A stretch of DNA of 64,000 nucleotides from Sulfuricurvum sp. Lineage in GTDB: Bacteria; Campylobacterota; Campylobacteria; Campylobacterales; Sulfurimonadaceae. The position numbers and the translations under genes were made by a program. Below are positions 17,788 to 28,360 of this stretch, piece by piece. Where the stretch lies: positions 2,231 to 66,230 of the forward strand of contig JAUYSQ010000068.1 in NCBI GenBank assembly GCA_030696285.1. Reading direction: 5' to 3'. Below the pieces are notes generated by a model that was given only the letters and a program-made list of their open reading frames with translations, did no database searches and was not told the origin of the DNA. The first letter of the stretch is position 1. Every line of letters begins with the position of its first letter.

Positions 17788-20106
17788 CTAAAACGCCTGA
17801 TGATAATATCGATTCAAGTCGTATAACCCGGCTTCGATGGGTTCAGCTTCATTAAAATGATTTTGAAACCACTCGTATGTTTCCCAAAACTTTGGATTTG
17901 ATCGATTGATACCATACTTATTGAGCTTGGCTTTATAGGATTTAGATCCGTCAAAATGTCCCATTAAATTGAGAAAATCACCGATATCAGCCCCTTCTAC
18001 ATCAAAAAAATAGTTCGGATAGGAACCGATGTTTTCGGTAAAAAAGTCAATCGTATCTTTCGCGGGATTTAAGCGGCTTCGCTCATTAAAGAGGGCATTA
18101 ACGTTATCATGCCATCGGTTGATAATCATCGAAACTACAATGTCTTTGCCGTCAATATTCCGAATTCTTACCAATAAGACATCCGACTGGAGTTCATTCA
18201 TCACTCGCGTCAAACCTCTCTTTGATGACGTGAGAGAGCGGAAGGCTTGGAGTATCTCTTTTTCACTGCTGAATACTTTAGGGACCTTAGGAGGGATATC
18301 ATCCAAGCGGTAATAGTTATACGGATCAAACGAAATATGGGTCGAGGGGAGAAAATGGTTATCTACCAGCCGCTCAATCAATTCTCGTTTTGGATCGTTG
18401 CTTTTGTAATTAACCGCTGTTTTTAGAGTACTTCCGACTTGATGGAAACGGACATTTTCAATCTCCTCCCCGATGTACCACGACTGCAAAGTCGGATAGC
18501 GATCTTTTTCGGGTAGAAACTGCAAAAAGTTCAGTTCCCCCTCAATTCGTAAATAATCCATATATCGACGAACATTTGTCTGATGTGTTACGTTGCCAAA
18601 GATGTCAAAACCCGCTACCAAGGCATAATACATCCGTTCAAGCTGCGGATAATCCATGACCCACATTGTTTTTGGTAATTCACCGAGTACTCCACGGTGC
18701 ACTGAGGCACTTTCAAAATGGCGATAAATGCTAAGGACGGGAGTATCCTTGGCTTTATCCCCTTTCCAAATCGCATCCATCGGTAAACCCTTGGGGTATT
18801 CGCTCGCATACATCACCATTTTCGCTTTATAAAAAGCCTCATACCGATCCCGATACTCATCACTAAATACATTCCAGACTTTTCCGCCGCTTCCGTTCTC
18901 TGTTGGCAAAGAGAGGTTGTAACGCTGTGAGCGTAAGAAACCAGGATACTTAACCCCAAGATCATATTCAGGATCTATAAACATCATCCAAAAATGGTCT
19001 TCGATTACATTAAGGGCAATTTGCCCCTTGCACACAGGACCGCGAATGAAAGAATCGACGATATACTGCGAGTGATCGAGTAAAAACCGATACCGAGAAA
19101 GAGATGGTATTTGGGCATACATCACAAAAGGATTACCATTAAACTGGGTATCACAGGAAACGACATGAGGTTTTTGGAGCCATTTTGAACGGATAAACAG
19201 CTCCTTGTAGCGCTCCAGCGTCCCATTTTCCAAAGGAAATACTAAGTGCGTTTTATGGACGATCGTGGAATGAATCTTACGGAAACGGTAATAAAATATT
19301 TTGACACCCGGATCATCATAGGGACGTACCGTCGGAATAATGACAATCGGAGACGGCGCAGCGGTTGTAGAGCGGACTATCTCGTAAAACTCATTTGTAG
19401 GTGTCCCTTCGAAATGAATATGGGCTAAAAAAAGATGATCATACAAATAGCGTGCACTCATCACATGTTTTGGACCATTTCCATTGAAAAAAGCTTCCCA
19501 TTTTTTGATCTGACCGGCTGCTGCTGGTGAGGGTTCAGTCAATAGGGATTGCTCTTTTATACTCGGCCCTTTTGCCCCTTGTGCGAGCCATTTCATAATG
19601 GTTGTGTGTTCGGTATCGCTAAGCGGAGGAAACCCAAACGGCATCCCGCCATGAGGATGTTTATTAATGTATCGGGTAACTTCTTTGGCATTCTCGGCAC
19701 ACGTTAGATCTTCTGCTTCCGGATAATAGCTCCCTAAGGGAAGAGGATTTTTTTGTTTTAAGTCCAGCAACCGCTCCGTAATCGAGCTATTGTTTTCATC
19801 ATCTAAAAGTTTATCGCTCACACTGAAAAACTCTTTTTTTCGCCACTCTTCTGTCGTTTGGGCATCAATAAACAGACGGGTTGGGTCTTGCGCCTGCAAC
19901 CTAGTGACCAAATAAACCTTTTTTTTACTTCCACCGCGATCAATTCCCTCAAACGAGTCAAGCTTTAGCTGGCACGGGGAGTTGTAACAAGAATGACACA
20001 CCGTGCATCGATGCTCCAAAATCGGTTTAACCTCTCTAAGGTAGTTGATTTCAGAACCTAATAGGGGATAACTGCATATAAAAAGTAACATAAAATATTT
20101 AATCAT
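17788..20106 (-). CDS. cti: Fatty acid cis/trans isomerase (haem c protein)
   Basis: Signal peptide; VKPILEHRCTVCHSCYNSPCQLKL (CxxCH); SARYLYDHLFLAH; FIRGPVCKGQIALNVIEDHFW; C-terminal GLYDLNRY. Confidence 0.9.
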   Translation of the reverse strand: MIKYFMLLFICSYPLLGSEINYLREVKPILEHRCTVCHSCYNSPCQLKLDSFEGIDRGGSKKKVYLVTRLQAQDPTRLFIDAQTTEEWRKKEFFSVSDKLLDDENNSSITERLLDLKQKNPLPLGSYYPEAEDLTCAENAKEVTRYINKHPHGGMPFGFPPLSDTEHTTIMKWLAQGAKGPSIKEQSLLTEPSPAAAGQIKKWEAFFNGNGPKHVMSARYLYDHLFLAHIHFEGTPTNEFYEIVRSTTAAPSPIVIIPTVRPYDDPGVKIFYYRFRKIHSTIVHKTHLVFPLENGTLERYKELFIRSKWLQKPHVVSCDTQFNGNPFVMYAQIPSLSRYRFLLDHSQYIVDSFIRGPVCKGQIALNVIEDHFWMMFIDPEYDLGVKYPGFLRSQRYNLSLPTENGSGGKVWNVFSDEYRDRYEAFYKAKMVMYASEYPKGLPMDAIWKGDKAKDTPVLSIYRHFESASVHRGVLGELPKTMWVMDYPQLERMYYALVAGFDIFGNVTHQTNVRRYMDYLRIEGELNFLQFLPEKDRYPTLQSWYIGEEIENVRFHQVGSTLKTAVNYKSNDPKRELIERLVDNHFLPSTHISFDPYNYYRLDDIPPKVPKVFSSEKEILQAFRSLTSSKRGLTRVMNELQSDVLLVRIRNIDGKDIVVSMIINRWHDNVNALFNERSRLNPAKDTIDFFTENIGSYPNYFFDVEGADIGDFLNLMGHFDGSKSYKAKLNKYGINRSNPKFWETYEWFQNHFNEAEPIEAGLYDLNRYYHQAF

Positions 20107-20215
20107 AAACGAATTATAGCGCCACAACCTTCGCCATAGACGTCAGCATTGATTCACTTTACCTGTTTACACAGAGTAAGGTATAATCACAGTAAATTCA
20201 ATTAAAGGCAATACA

Positions 20216-20371
20216 TTGAAACATTCACTCTTGATTACAATCGCGTTACTCTTGCTCACAGGATGTTCTGCCACGTGGAGCGGTTTAAAAGAAGATACAA
20301 AAAATGCAACAGACTGGACACAGAAAAAAGTCAATGATAGCGCAACTTACGTCAAAGAAAAAACGGAATAA
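20216..20371 (+). CDS. Small entericidin EcnA/B-like lipoprotein (below the ORF-track cutoff)
   Basis: Hand translation MKHSLLITIALLLLTGCSATWSGLKEDTKNATDWTQKKVNDSATYVKEKTE; lipobox LTGC; RBS AAAGG; TATAAT at 20182-20187. Confidence 0.8.
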   Translation: MKHSLLITIALLLLTGCSATWSGLKEDTKNATDWTQKKVNDSATYVKEKTE

Positions 20372-20411
20372 TTAACTCTTTTTGTTTTGTTAACGCGCTC
20401 TTATTGTACAT

Positions 20412-20624
20412 TTAATACGTCCCCTCACCTACCGTGATGACGTAATTGTCATCGACTTCGACAACACCAAATGCATGCTGACCGCAGAAGCTTTCATTCA
20501 TCTCTTGCGCCCATGCACGTGCGATTCGCATTGCGTTTTCTTTATCATTTAATGTTTTAATCTGAGGCATTTGTTTACGTTTTGCGCAGGCGCATAGTTT
20601 TTCAACAACAACATGATGATCCAT
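20412..20624 (-). CDS. Small Cys/His-rich hypothetical protein (paralogue of the next gene)
   Basis: HHVVVEKLCACAK...FCGQH; RBS AGGGG. Confidence 0.8.
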   Translation of the reverse strand: MDHHVVVEKLCACAKRKQMPQIKTLNDKENAMRIARAWAQEMNESFCGQHAFGVVEVDDNYVITVGEGTY

Positions 20625-20633
20625 AATATCCCC

Positions 20634-20855
20634 CTATTTACAGCCACAGCCGCCGCCGACCATGCCAATGACAAAATTGTCATTCACTTCAACCAACTGA
20701 AATTCGTGTTTACCACAAAAATTTCCATTCATGTAAGCCAACTGTGATTCTGCCGCTTCTTTGGCTGCATCTTTGCCATCATAGGTAGCAATTTGAGATA
20801 ATTCCTCTTTTTTCGCACAGCTGCAAAGTTTTTCGATTACGACATGATGTTCCAT
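20634..20855 (-). CDS. Small Cys/His-rich hypothetical protein with a GGGCGCK tail
   Basis: HHVVIEKLCSCAK...FCGKH...GGGCGCK; RBS GGAG. Confidence 0.8.
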   Translation of the reverse strand: MEHHVVIEKLCSCAKKEELSQIATYDGKDAAKEAAESQLAYMNGNFCGKHEFQLVEVNDNFVIGMVGGGCGCK

Positions 20856-20900
20856 ACTATTTCTCCAATGGTGATTTGAAGAATTAATGCATAGATCGTT

Positions 20901-23003
20901 CTATATGAGACTTTCGTACTGTACCATTACCCTATTTCGACCGTTATTTTTAGCTTTATAGAGCTGTATATCCGCCTCTTTGTAAAGTTCTTCGCATGTC
21001 ATTTCAGAAACCGAATCATAAAGGGCTATTCCCATAGATATCGTCACAAAAGGAGAAATATCGTTGTTTATATGAGGGATTTCCATCTTTTCTATTTCTA
21101 CACGGATACGGTTGCCTAAATCGATATATTCTTCTTCCCTCATACCGCTCACCAATATTGCGAATTCTTCTCCTCCGAGTCTGAAAGCATATTCACCGCT
21201 TCGTGATGTATACTCTTTTAAAATTCCGGCTACATCCGTTAACACTTTGTCTCCGGCTTGATGCCCATACGTGTCATTGTACAATTTAAAATTATCGACA
21301 TCAATCATCATCAGGGCAATGGATGTATCATGCCGTTTCACCCGATTCATCTCTTCTTGAATTTTTTTGACGTAATAACGACGATTGTATAATCCGGTCA
21401 TAGAATCGGTAATTGCCAACTCTTCGATAAGTTTTTTGTCGGATATATCATGTCGTACTGCCGTATAGCCGATTATCTCTCCATCCTCGATATCCGGTGA
21501 AATCGTTGTATCAACCCAATAGTAACCGCCATTTGCATTGGAGTTTTTGATTTCACCATGCCATATTTTTCCGGAAGTAATTGTCTTCCAAATATCTTCA
21601 AATAGCTCCCTCGGCATGTCCGGATGGCGTATGATTCGGTGGTTTTTTCCAATAAGCTCCTCTTTTGAATATCCACTGATATCACAAAATGCTTCGGAAG
21701 CATAAATAATATTCCCATATTTATCCGTTCGAGAAGTGATAACATACTGATCAACCGTATCGATATACTTTTGAAGATTTATTGATTTTATGCGAATACG
21801 CTCTTCCAAATTCTCATTGAGTACTTCAATCTCTTTTTTCTGTTCCGCTAGGGTGAGATTTTGTTGATTTAACTGTGTCATTTTTTGATTGATATCCATC
21901 GACATTTTTTGAAATGCCCGAATCAATTGTTGCCATTCTAAATCGTACTGATTATCTTCTATATGAATATCATAGTTCCCTTGCGAAACATCCGATGCGT
22001 ACTGCGTCAATATCTCGATCGGTTTTGAGAAAGAGCGAAACAATACAATCATCATACTGATAACAACAGCACTGCCGGCTAAAAACAGCAGTAAAATCAA
22101 TACAAATTGTCTGTACCATGTCTGCAATAACTCGCCCTCATCAATCTTCACCGCAACATTCAATCCAAAATCATCTTGGTAACCCCATGCCACACCCGTA
22201 TTCGTTCCAGACCGATCGAGCATGTAACATTGGCCCCCTTTTCCTTTTACTGAAACAATAGGTAGAGAATCTATTTGATCGAAAGCATGGATATTATTAT
22301 TACGCATTGGAGTAGCAGTCAATATTCTTCCGTGATAACTAAACGTTGCAATAATTTCTCCCGTTTTCCCTAATTCTGAGTAGTCATTAATCACATTTTG
22401 TATATTTTTATTATCAATCTGCACCGCCACGACCCCTATTATTTTTTCATTATCAACAATCGGTACGGCAATAAAGGCCGCAAAATCATTACTTGGAGCA
22501 TAAAAATCATAATTAGAGATCTTCGCAGGGCGGTTTTTAAGTGCGCTATTAAAAACACGGGTAAGTTCAGTGTGACTGAACTTACCGCTTAGAAGATTGG
22601 TATGCAAATCAGACTCATGTTTGACGGTATAGACAATATCCCCATCCAATGCAATAATGAACAGATCATAAAATCCATTTTTATTGGCAAATGCAGCTAG
22701 ATTGCTGCGTAGACTTTGAGGGGAACGATCCCAAAATTGTTTCTCGAATATTGGGTGATGATGAGAAGCAAAAAAAACAAGCTGTTTAAAGTTATTTAAA
22801 GAAATATAGCTCTGATTCGCATACCTGTCAATAGCATCAAGCTTGTGGAGTAATGTCTTATTGAGACGAGATAAAGCATTCGTGCGAACCGTATCACGTA
22901 CTTCCCATGCTATTAAAAAAAGTGTAATCAAGGTTACCGATCCAATAGCTGTAAGCCCAATCAAGATTCGCTTAAAAACTGTCATTTTAGTCAATACAAT
23001 CAA
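20901..23003 (-). CDS. Cache-HAMP-PAS-GGDEF diguanylate cyclase
   Basis: Two TM helices around a Cache-like region, HAMP, PAS (FCDISGYSKEELIGKNH), DVDNFKLYNDTYGH, RLGGEEF. Confidence 0.92.
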   Translation of the reverse strand: MIVLTKMTVFKRILIGLTAIGSVTLITLFLIAWEVRDTVRTNALSRLNKTLLHKLDAIDRYANQSYISLNNFKQLVFFASHHHPIFEKQFWDRSPQSLRSNLAAFANKNGFYDLFIIALDGDIVYTVKHESDLHTNLLSGKFSHTELTRVFNSALKNRPAKISNYDFYAPSNDFAAFIAVPIVDNEKIIGVVAVQIDNKNIQNVINDYSELGKTGEIIATFSYHGRILTATPMRNNNIHAFDQIDSLPIVSVKGKGGQCYMLDRSGTNTGVAWGYQDDFGLNVAVKIDEGELLQTWYRQFVLILLLFLAGSAVVISMMIVLFRSFSKPIEILTQYASDVSQGNYDIHIEDNQYDLEWQQLIRAFQKMSMDINQKMTQLNQQNLTLAEQKKEIEVLNENLEERIRIKSINLQKYIDTVDQYVITSRTDKYGNIIYASEAFCDISGYSKEELIGKNHRIIRHPDMPRELFEDIWKTITSGKIWHGEIKNSNANGGYYWVDTTISPDIEDGEIIGYTAVRHDISDKKLIEELAITDSMTGLYNRRYYVKKIQEEMNRVKRHDTSIALMMIDVDNFKLYNDTYGHQAGDKVLTDVAGILKEYTSRSGEYAFRLGGEEFAILVSGMREEEYIDLGNRIRVEIEKMEIPHINNDISPFVTISMGIALYDSVSEMTCEELYKEADIQLYKAKNNGRNRVMVQYESLI

Positions 23004-23184
23004 GGAAAATTCCTTTCGTTAGTATTTAGCTACCTATCGCTTTTTTTTAATATCACAAAAAACCTTATTACTATCAGTTTAACATTATATTTCTATTTTA
23101 AAAAATAACATCACAAATAGACAGATAAATAAAAATATAAGAATTTCAAAAGATTGATATGTGTAAGTGAAGGCTATTTATAGG

Positions 23185-23373
23185 TTACGAAAGAGGGGTT
23201 GTTTGAAAAATAAAATAAAGTTCGTCTTTGAGAATATTGAGATGTTTGATCACATTATCGCGACGAGTCTCATCCATGACAAAATGTTGATCGATCGAGT
23301 CATAAATACGGTCAATGTTCGCATATACTTCTTGAAGTAATTCGGCTTTGATTTTATCGTGTACAGTTGTCAT
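23185..23373 (-). CDS. Hypothetical protein (62 aa)
   Basis: ORF with RBS-like AGGA; helical composition; no recognised motif. Confidence 0.6.
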   Translation of the reverse strand: MTTVHDKIKAELLQEVYANIDRIYDSIDQHFVMDETRRDNVIKHLNILKDELYFIFQTTPLS

Positions 23374-23390
23374 AAATATTCCTATAAGCC

Positions 23391-23491
23391 GTCATACCCC
23401 AAGGGCACAAGAACCTCTATCGAGGTCCTCGGGCTTGATCCGGGGATCCATCTTAAATAAAGAGCTGGATTCCCGCCTTCGCGGGAATGAC
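23391..23491. repeat. REP-like doublet, family C, with a 31-bp insertion in the first unit
   Basis: gtca[taccccaagggcacaagaacctctatcgagg]tcctcgggcttgatccggggatcca...tggattcccgccttcgcgggaatgac; compare the uninterrupted doublet at 33759-33831. Confidence 0.85.
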
Positions 23492-23529
23492 AAATGTTTT
23501 TGATTCAATCTTTCGCAAAAAATTCAACC

Positions 23530-23555
23530 AAAAAAATCCCCGCGAAAGCAGGGAT
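23530..23555 (-). terminator. Rho-independent terminator of nifHDK
   Basis: Minus strand ATCCCTGCTTTCGCGGGGAT followed by T7, 46 nt after the nifK stop. Confidence 0.75.
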
Positions 23556-23601
23556 AGTGACGAAGAAACAATGAAATTAATTTCCCCAAAGGGGAACAAC
23601 C

Positions 23602-25146
23602 TTAACGAATAAGGTCGAAGAAATAGTCGGTCGTTGCGATACCTTTGGTATCTTCATCCAACTGGTCAAGAACTTTGTTCGTGATCCACGTCAAAAGATT
23701 CAACGCACCGTCGTATCCGCTGATAGAGTAACGGTGAAGGTGATGACGGTCGAAAATCGGGAATCCGATGTAGATCAACGGAGTTCCTGTATCACGCATC
23801 AACTCTTTACCGTAGCTGTTACCGATCATGAAATCGACAGGCTCAGTAAACAAGAGTGAACGCATAGCCCATAAGTCTTTTCCAGCCCATACATTCAAAC
23901 TGTCTTTTGCAGGAGAGGTATCAAGCATTGCTCTCATCTCTGCTTCCCAGCCGTTTGGTGCATTATGGCAAAGGACGTGAGTAGGCTCAGCACCCATCTC
24001 TAACAAGAATGATACTGCTCCGATTAGGAAGTCAGGATCGCCCCAGATAGCGAATTTTTTACCGTGCATATACGGATAGCTGTCTTGCATCGCATCAACC
24101 AAACGGCCGCGCTCGATTTTGAGTTTTTGTGGAACTTCTGTCCCTGTCAACTCTGCAAGTTTCATAACGAACTCATCTGTCCCTTTGAGACCGACTGGGT
24201 TAGAGAATCCACCTGCGTGTTTCCAACGTTTTTCGACCATTTTCATGGTTTTAACGGTAGCGTATTTTTGCAATGAGATCGTTGCACTTGAGTTGATACA
24301 ATCTTTTGCATCATCGATTTTTGTTCCGCCTTGGAACATTTCGTATTGACCCGCTGGCATATCCCATTGATCAGAGTGGTCACCCAACATGATATAGTCT
24401 GTGCCGAACGCTTCTACGATAGTTTTTACCGAACGAAGACTTCCAATATACGTTTCAAAACCAGGGATGATGTTGATACGTTGTTTCGTTTCGCCTTTGT
24501 TTCCTTCCGTAAGCTGTGACATGATACCGTGCATCATATTGTCATATCCAGTGATATGGCTACCTACGAATGAAGGTGTATGAGCGTATGGAATCGGATA
24601 ATCAGCTGCCAAATATTCTCCGCCGTCTTCTTCTTTTGCCGCGATGATAAATGCCATCAAGTCGTCCCCGATAACTTCCGCCATACAGGTAGTAGAAACG
24701 GCGATCATTTTAGGTTTATACACTGCTGCACAGTTTTTAAGACCCTCTTTCATATTTACCAAACCACCAAATACCGCAGCATCTTCGGTCATAGAATCCG
24801 ATACACAAGGAGTCGGCTCTTTGAAGTGACGGGTAAAATACGAACGGAAATACGCAACACAACCGTGTGAACCGTGAACGTAAGGCATTGTACCCTCAAA
24901 TCCGAGTGCAACCATAACAGCCCCAAGAGGCTGACATGCTTTTGCAGGATTAACGGTGATTGCTTCACGAGCGAGGTTTTTCTCACGGTAATCCCATGAT
25001 TTTGTCCACTCTGCGATCTCATCTACTTTTGCAGGGTTAACCGCAAGCATAGAAGATTCGAATTGCTTTTTGTTTTTGAGCACCTCTTGGTACTCAGGGC
25101 GTTTAAACAGGTCTTTCCCGTTTACAATTTTTTCTACTTCTTGCAT
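23602..25146 (-). CDS. nifK: Nitrogenase MoFe protein beta chain
   Basis: NPAKACQPLGA, HGSHGCVAYFR, TTCMAEVIGDD, GFPIFDRHHLHR. Confidence 0.98.
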   Translation of the reverse strand: MQEVEKIVNGKDLFKRPEYQEVLKNKKQFESSMLAVNPAKVDEIAEWTKSWDYREKNLAREAITVNPAKACQPLGAVMVALGFEGTMPYVHGSHGCVAYFRSYFTRHFKEPTPCVSDSMTEDAAVFGGLVNMKEGLKNCAAVYKPKMIAVSTTCMAEVIGDDLMAFIIAAKEEDGGEYLAADYPIPYAHTPSFVGSHITGYDNMMHGIMSQLTEGNKGETKQRINIIPGFETYIGSLRSVKTIVEAFGTDYIMLGDHSDQWDMPAGQYEMFQGGTKIDDAKDCINSSATISLQKYATVKTMKMVEKRWKHAGGFSNPVGLKGTDEFVMKLAELTGTEVPQKLKIERGRLVDAMQDSYPYMHGKKFAIWGDPDFLIGAVSFLLEMGAEPTHVLCHNAPNGWEAEMRAMLDTSPAKDSLNVWAGKDLWAMRSLLFTEPVDFMIGNSYGKELMRDTGTPLIYIGFPIFDRHHLHRYSISGYDGALNLLTWITNKVLDQLDEDTKGIATTDYFFDLIR

Positions 25147-25150
25147 GACC

Positions 25151-26617
25151 TCAACCTTCCTTTTCCCATGGTGCTTTTGAGTGCGCCCATACTGGTGAAT
25201 TAATCGCTAAATCCATATCTGACGCGAAGATAGCAAATCCGTCGTACCCGTGGTACGGTCCGCTGTAATCCCATGAGTGCATCTGACGATATGGAAGACC
25301 CATTTTTTGGAATACATACTTCTCTTTGATCCCTGAAGCTACAAGGTCTGGTTGAAGTTTTTTAACAAATGCTTCAAGCTCATACTCGTTGACGTCATCG
25401 TAGATAACAGTTGAACGGAATATCTCTTCTTTAGTACGTTTGTAGTCATCATCATGAGCAAACTCATAACCTGTACCGATTACTTCCATACCCAAATCTT
25501 CATAAGCTCCGATAACGTGACGAGGACGAAGACCGCCGACGAACAACATAACCGTTTTACCTTCAAGACGAGGTTTATATTTCGCGATAACTGCATCGAT
25601 CATCGGTTGGTACTTCGCGATAACTTCTTCACATTTAGCTTGTACGCTTTCGTCAAAGAACGCCGCAATTTTACGGAGTGATTTGATGGTTTGAGAAGGC
25701 CCGAAGAAGTTGTACTCGATCCAAGGAATCCCATACTCTTTTTCCATATGACGGCTGATGTAGTTCATTGAACGGTAGCAGTGAAGCAGGTTCAATTTTA
25801 CTTTTGGTGTCAATGCCATCTCTTTAAGCGTTGCATCGCCTGACCATTGTGCTACAACACGAAGACCCATCTCTTCAAGAAGAATACGGCTTGACCATGC
25901 GTCACCGCCGATGTTATAGTCTCCGATGATCGCAACGTCATAATCGGTTGCTGTTACATCGCTGGTATCGATATTTACTTTACCGTCAAAGATAAAGTCA
26001 CGAACCGTGTCGTTTGCAATGTGGTGACCCAGTGATTGAGAAACCCCACGGAAACCTTCACAGTTAACCGGAACGATAACTTTGTCGATCTCTTTTGCTT
26101 TTACACGTGATACCGCACCGATATCATCCCCGATCAAACCGATCGGACACTCGGATTGAACCGTGATACCGTTATTGAGTGGGAAAAGTTCTTCGATTTC
26201 ATCGATACATTTACCCAATTTTTTGTCTCCGCCGAAAACGATGTTGTTCTCTTGGAAATCCGAGCTAAAGTTCATCGTTACAAACGTATCAACACCGGTT
26301 ACACCGATATAATAGTTACGGCGACCTGCACGGCTGTATTGACCGCATCCGATAGGTCCGTGACTGATGTGGATCATGTCTTTGACAGGACCCCATACAA
26401 CCCCTTTTGACCCTGCATAAGCACAACCGCGTTGGCTCATAACACCTGGAACGGTTTTTTTGTTTGAACGGACATCACCGCACGTTTTTTGATTTTCATC
26501 ATTTGGCGATCCGACACCGAGGTGTTTTTCACGGTTTTTCGCCGCTTTCTCCGGATACGCTTTTAAGATCTCTTCAATGGCCGCTTTTTGTTTAGCTTCT
26601 AGTGTTTCTGGTCCCAT
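25151..26617 (-). CDS. nifD: Nitrogenase MoFe protein alpha chain
   Basis: [40 protein letters not shown] (alpha-Cys275), [14 protein letters not shown] (alpha-His442); Mo-type signatures. Confidence 0.98.
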   Translation of the reverse strand: MGPETLEAKQKAAIEEILKAYPEKAAKNREKHLGVGSPNDENQKTCGDVRSNKKTVPGVMSQRGCAYAGSKGVVWGPVKDMIHISHGPIGCGQYSRAGRRNYYIGVTGVDTFVTMNFSSDFQENNIVFGGDKKLGKCIDEIEELFPLNNGITVQSECPIGLIGDDIGAVSRVKAKEIDKVIVPVNCEGFRGVSQSLGHHIANDTVRDFIFDGKVNIDTSDVTATDYDVAIIGDYNIGGDAWSSRILLEEMGLRVVAQWSGDATLKEMALTPKVKLNLLHCYRSMNYISRHMEKEYGIPWIEYNFFGPSQTIKSLRKIAAFFDESVQAKCEEVIAKYQPMIDAVIAKYKPRLEGKTVMLFVGGLRPRHVIGAYEDLGMEVIGTGYEFAHDDDYKRTKEEIFRSTVIYDDVNEYELEAFVKKLQPDLVASGIKEKYVFQKMGLPYRQMHSWDYSGPYHGYDGFAIFASDMDLAINSPVWAHSKAPWEKEG

Positions 26618-26631
26618 AATACACCTCTTCC

Positions 26632-26991
26632 TTACGCGACTTCGATGCGAAATTGTTCCATCGAATCTAAGTTATGACACAATTTCATTGTCTCATCATC
26701 TGCTGCATCAACACGTTTTGAGATTTCTGACATTTGGTAACGATTCATGTAAATCATGTACTTTTGAGTTTTTTCAGGATTCTCTTCTTTGAAATAATGG
26801 ACCATTGCACGGAACAAGAAAGTATCTTTATTCGTGTAGCTCAACCACTCTTTATCTCTCTCTTTAGTACCCATCAAAAGTTTGATCTCTTTAACGTCAC
26901 TGATATCAACATCGGCAATTTTTTCTGCAACTAATTCGTCTGGAATGTGATTCCCCATTGAAGCTGGGAAGTGAAAACCTAATACAAACAT
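26632..26991 (-). CDS. Unknown 119-aa protein between nifH and nifD
   Basis: Strong RBS (AAGGAG), same strand, ends 14 nt before the nifD start; no family recognised. Confidence 0.8.
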   Translation of the reverse strand: MFVLGFHFPASMGNHIPDELVAEKIADVDISDVKEIKLLMGTKERDKEWLSYTNKDTFLFRAMVHYFKEENPEKTQKYMIYMNRYQMSEISKRVDAADDETMKLCHNLDSMEQFRIEVA

Positions 26992-27089
26992 CTAATCTCC
27001 TTTTTCTGTTGTTTTCTTTTCATTATTAACAAGATGTTATTGGTCATTTTCATGACGGCCATTGAAGATTCCTCAAAAGAGGGTTCCTC

Positions 27090-27164
27090 GTCATTCCGTG
27101 CTACGACACGGAATCCAGTGCGCTTAAATACAATAAATGGATCCCGTATCAAGTACGGGATGAC
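27090..27164. repeat. REP-like doublet, family C, directly after the nifH stop
   Basis: gtcattccgtgctacgacacggaatcca...tggatcccgtatcaagtacgggatgac. Confidence 0.9.
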
Positions 27165-27170
27165 AACGAT

Positions 27171-28094
<924 letters not shown>

Positions 28095-28120
28095 TTATTT
28101 TTGAACTTCACTTAGGTTGA

Positions 28121-28135
28121 TGCAAGGGGTGTTCT
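28121..28135 (-). promoter_or_regulatory. -24/-12-like nif motif AGAAC-N5-TTGCA upstream of nifH
   Basis: Minus strand tAGAACaccccTTGCAt, 35 nt before the ATG; recurs before other nif genes. Confidence 0.7.
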
Positions 28136-28360
28136 ATGGTTTTTTGGACATTTTTCAAAACAACCGTTACAAAGGTACGACAATGAAACAAAATTGTAGG
28201 AATAGGTATTGCAGGGGTAGACAACAATCAATTAGTAACATTTTAGGAGGCACATGGATCGTTACATGCCACTTGTATCCGTATATATAAGTAGATTAAT
28301 GATAAAATTACATAATTAATATTTATCAGTTAGAAATTTTTGCTAAAGGGAAAGTAAACG

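Noticed and set aside
26632-26991. Possible VnfG/AnfG delta subunit, i.e. an alternative nitrogenase
   Set aside because: The position is wrong (G genes lie between D and K), there is no resemblance, and NifD has Mo-type HCYRS and MHSWDY signatures.
28136-28360. Canonical NifA site (TGT-N10-ACA) upstream of nifH
   Set aside because: There is no exact match; only TGT-N10-ATA at 28274-28289, which is too weak in AT-rich DNA.
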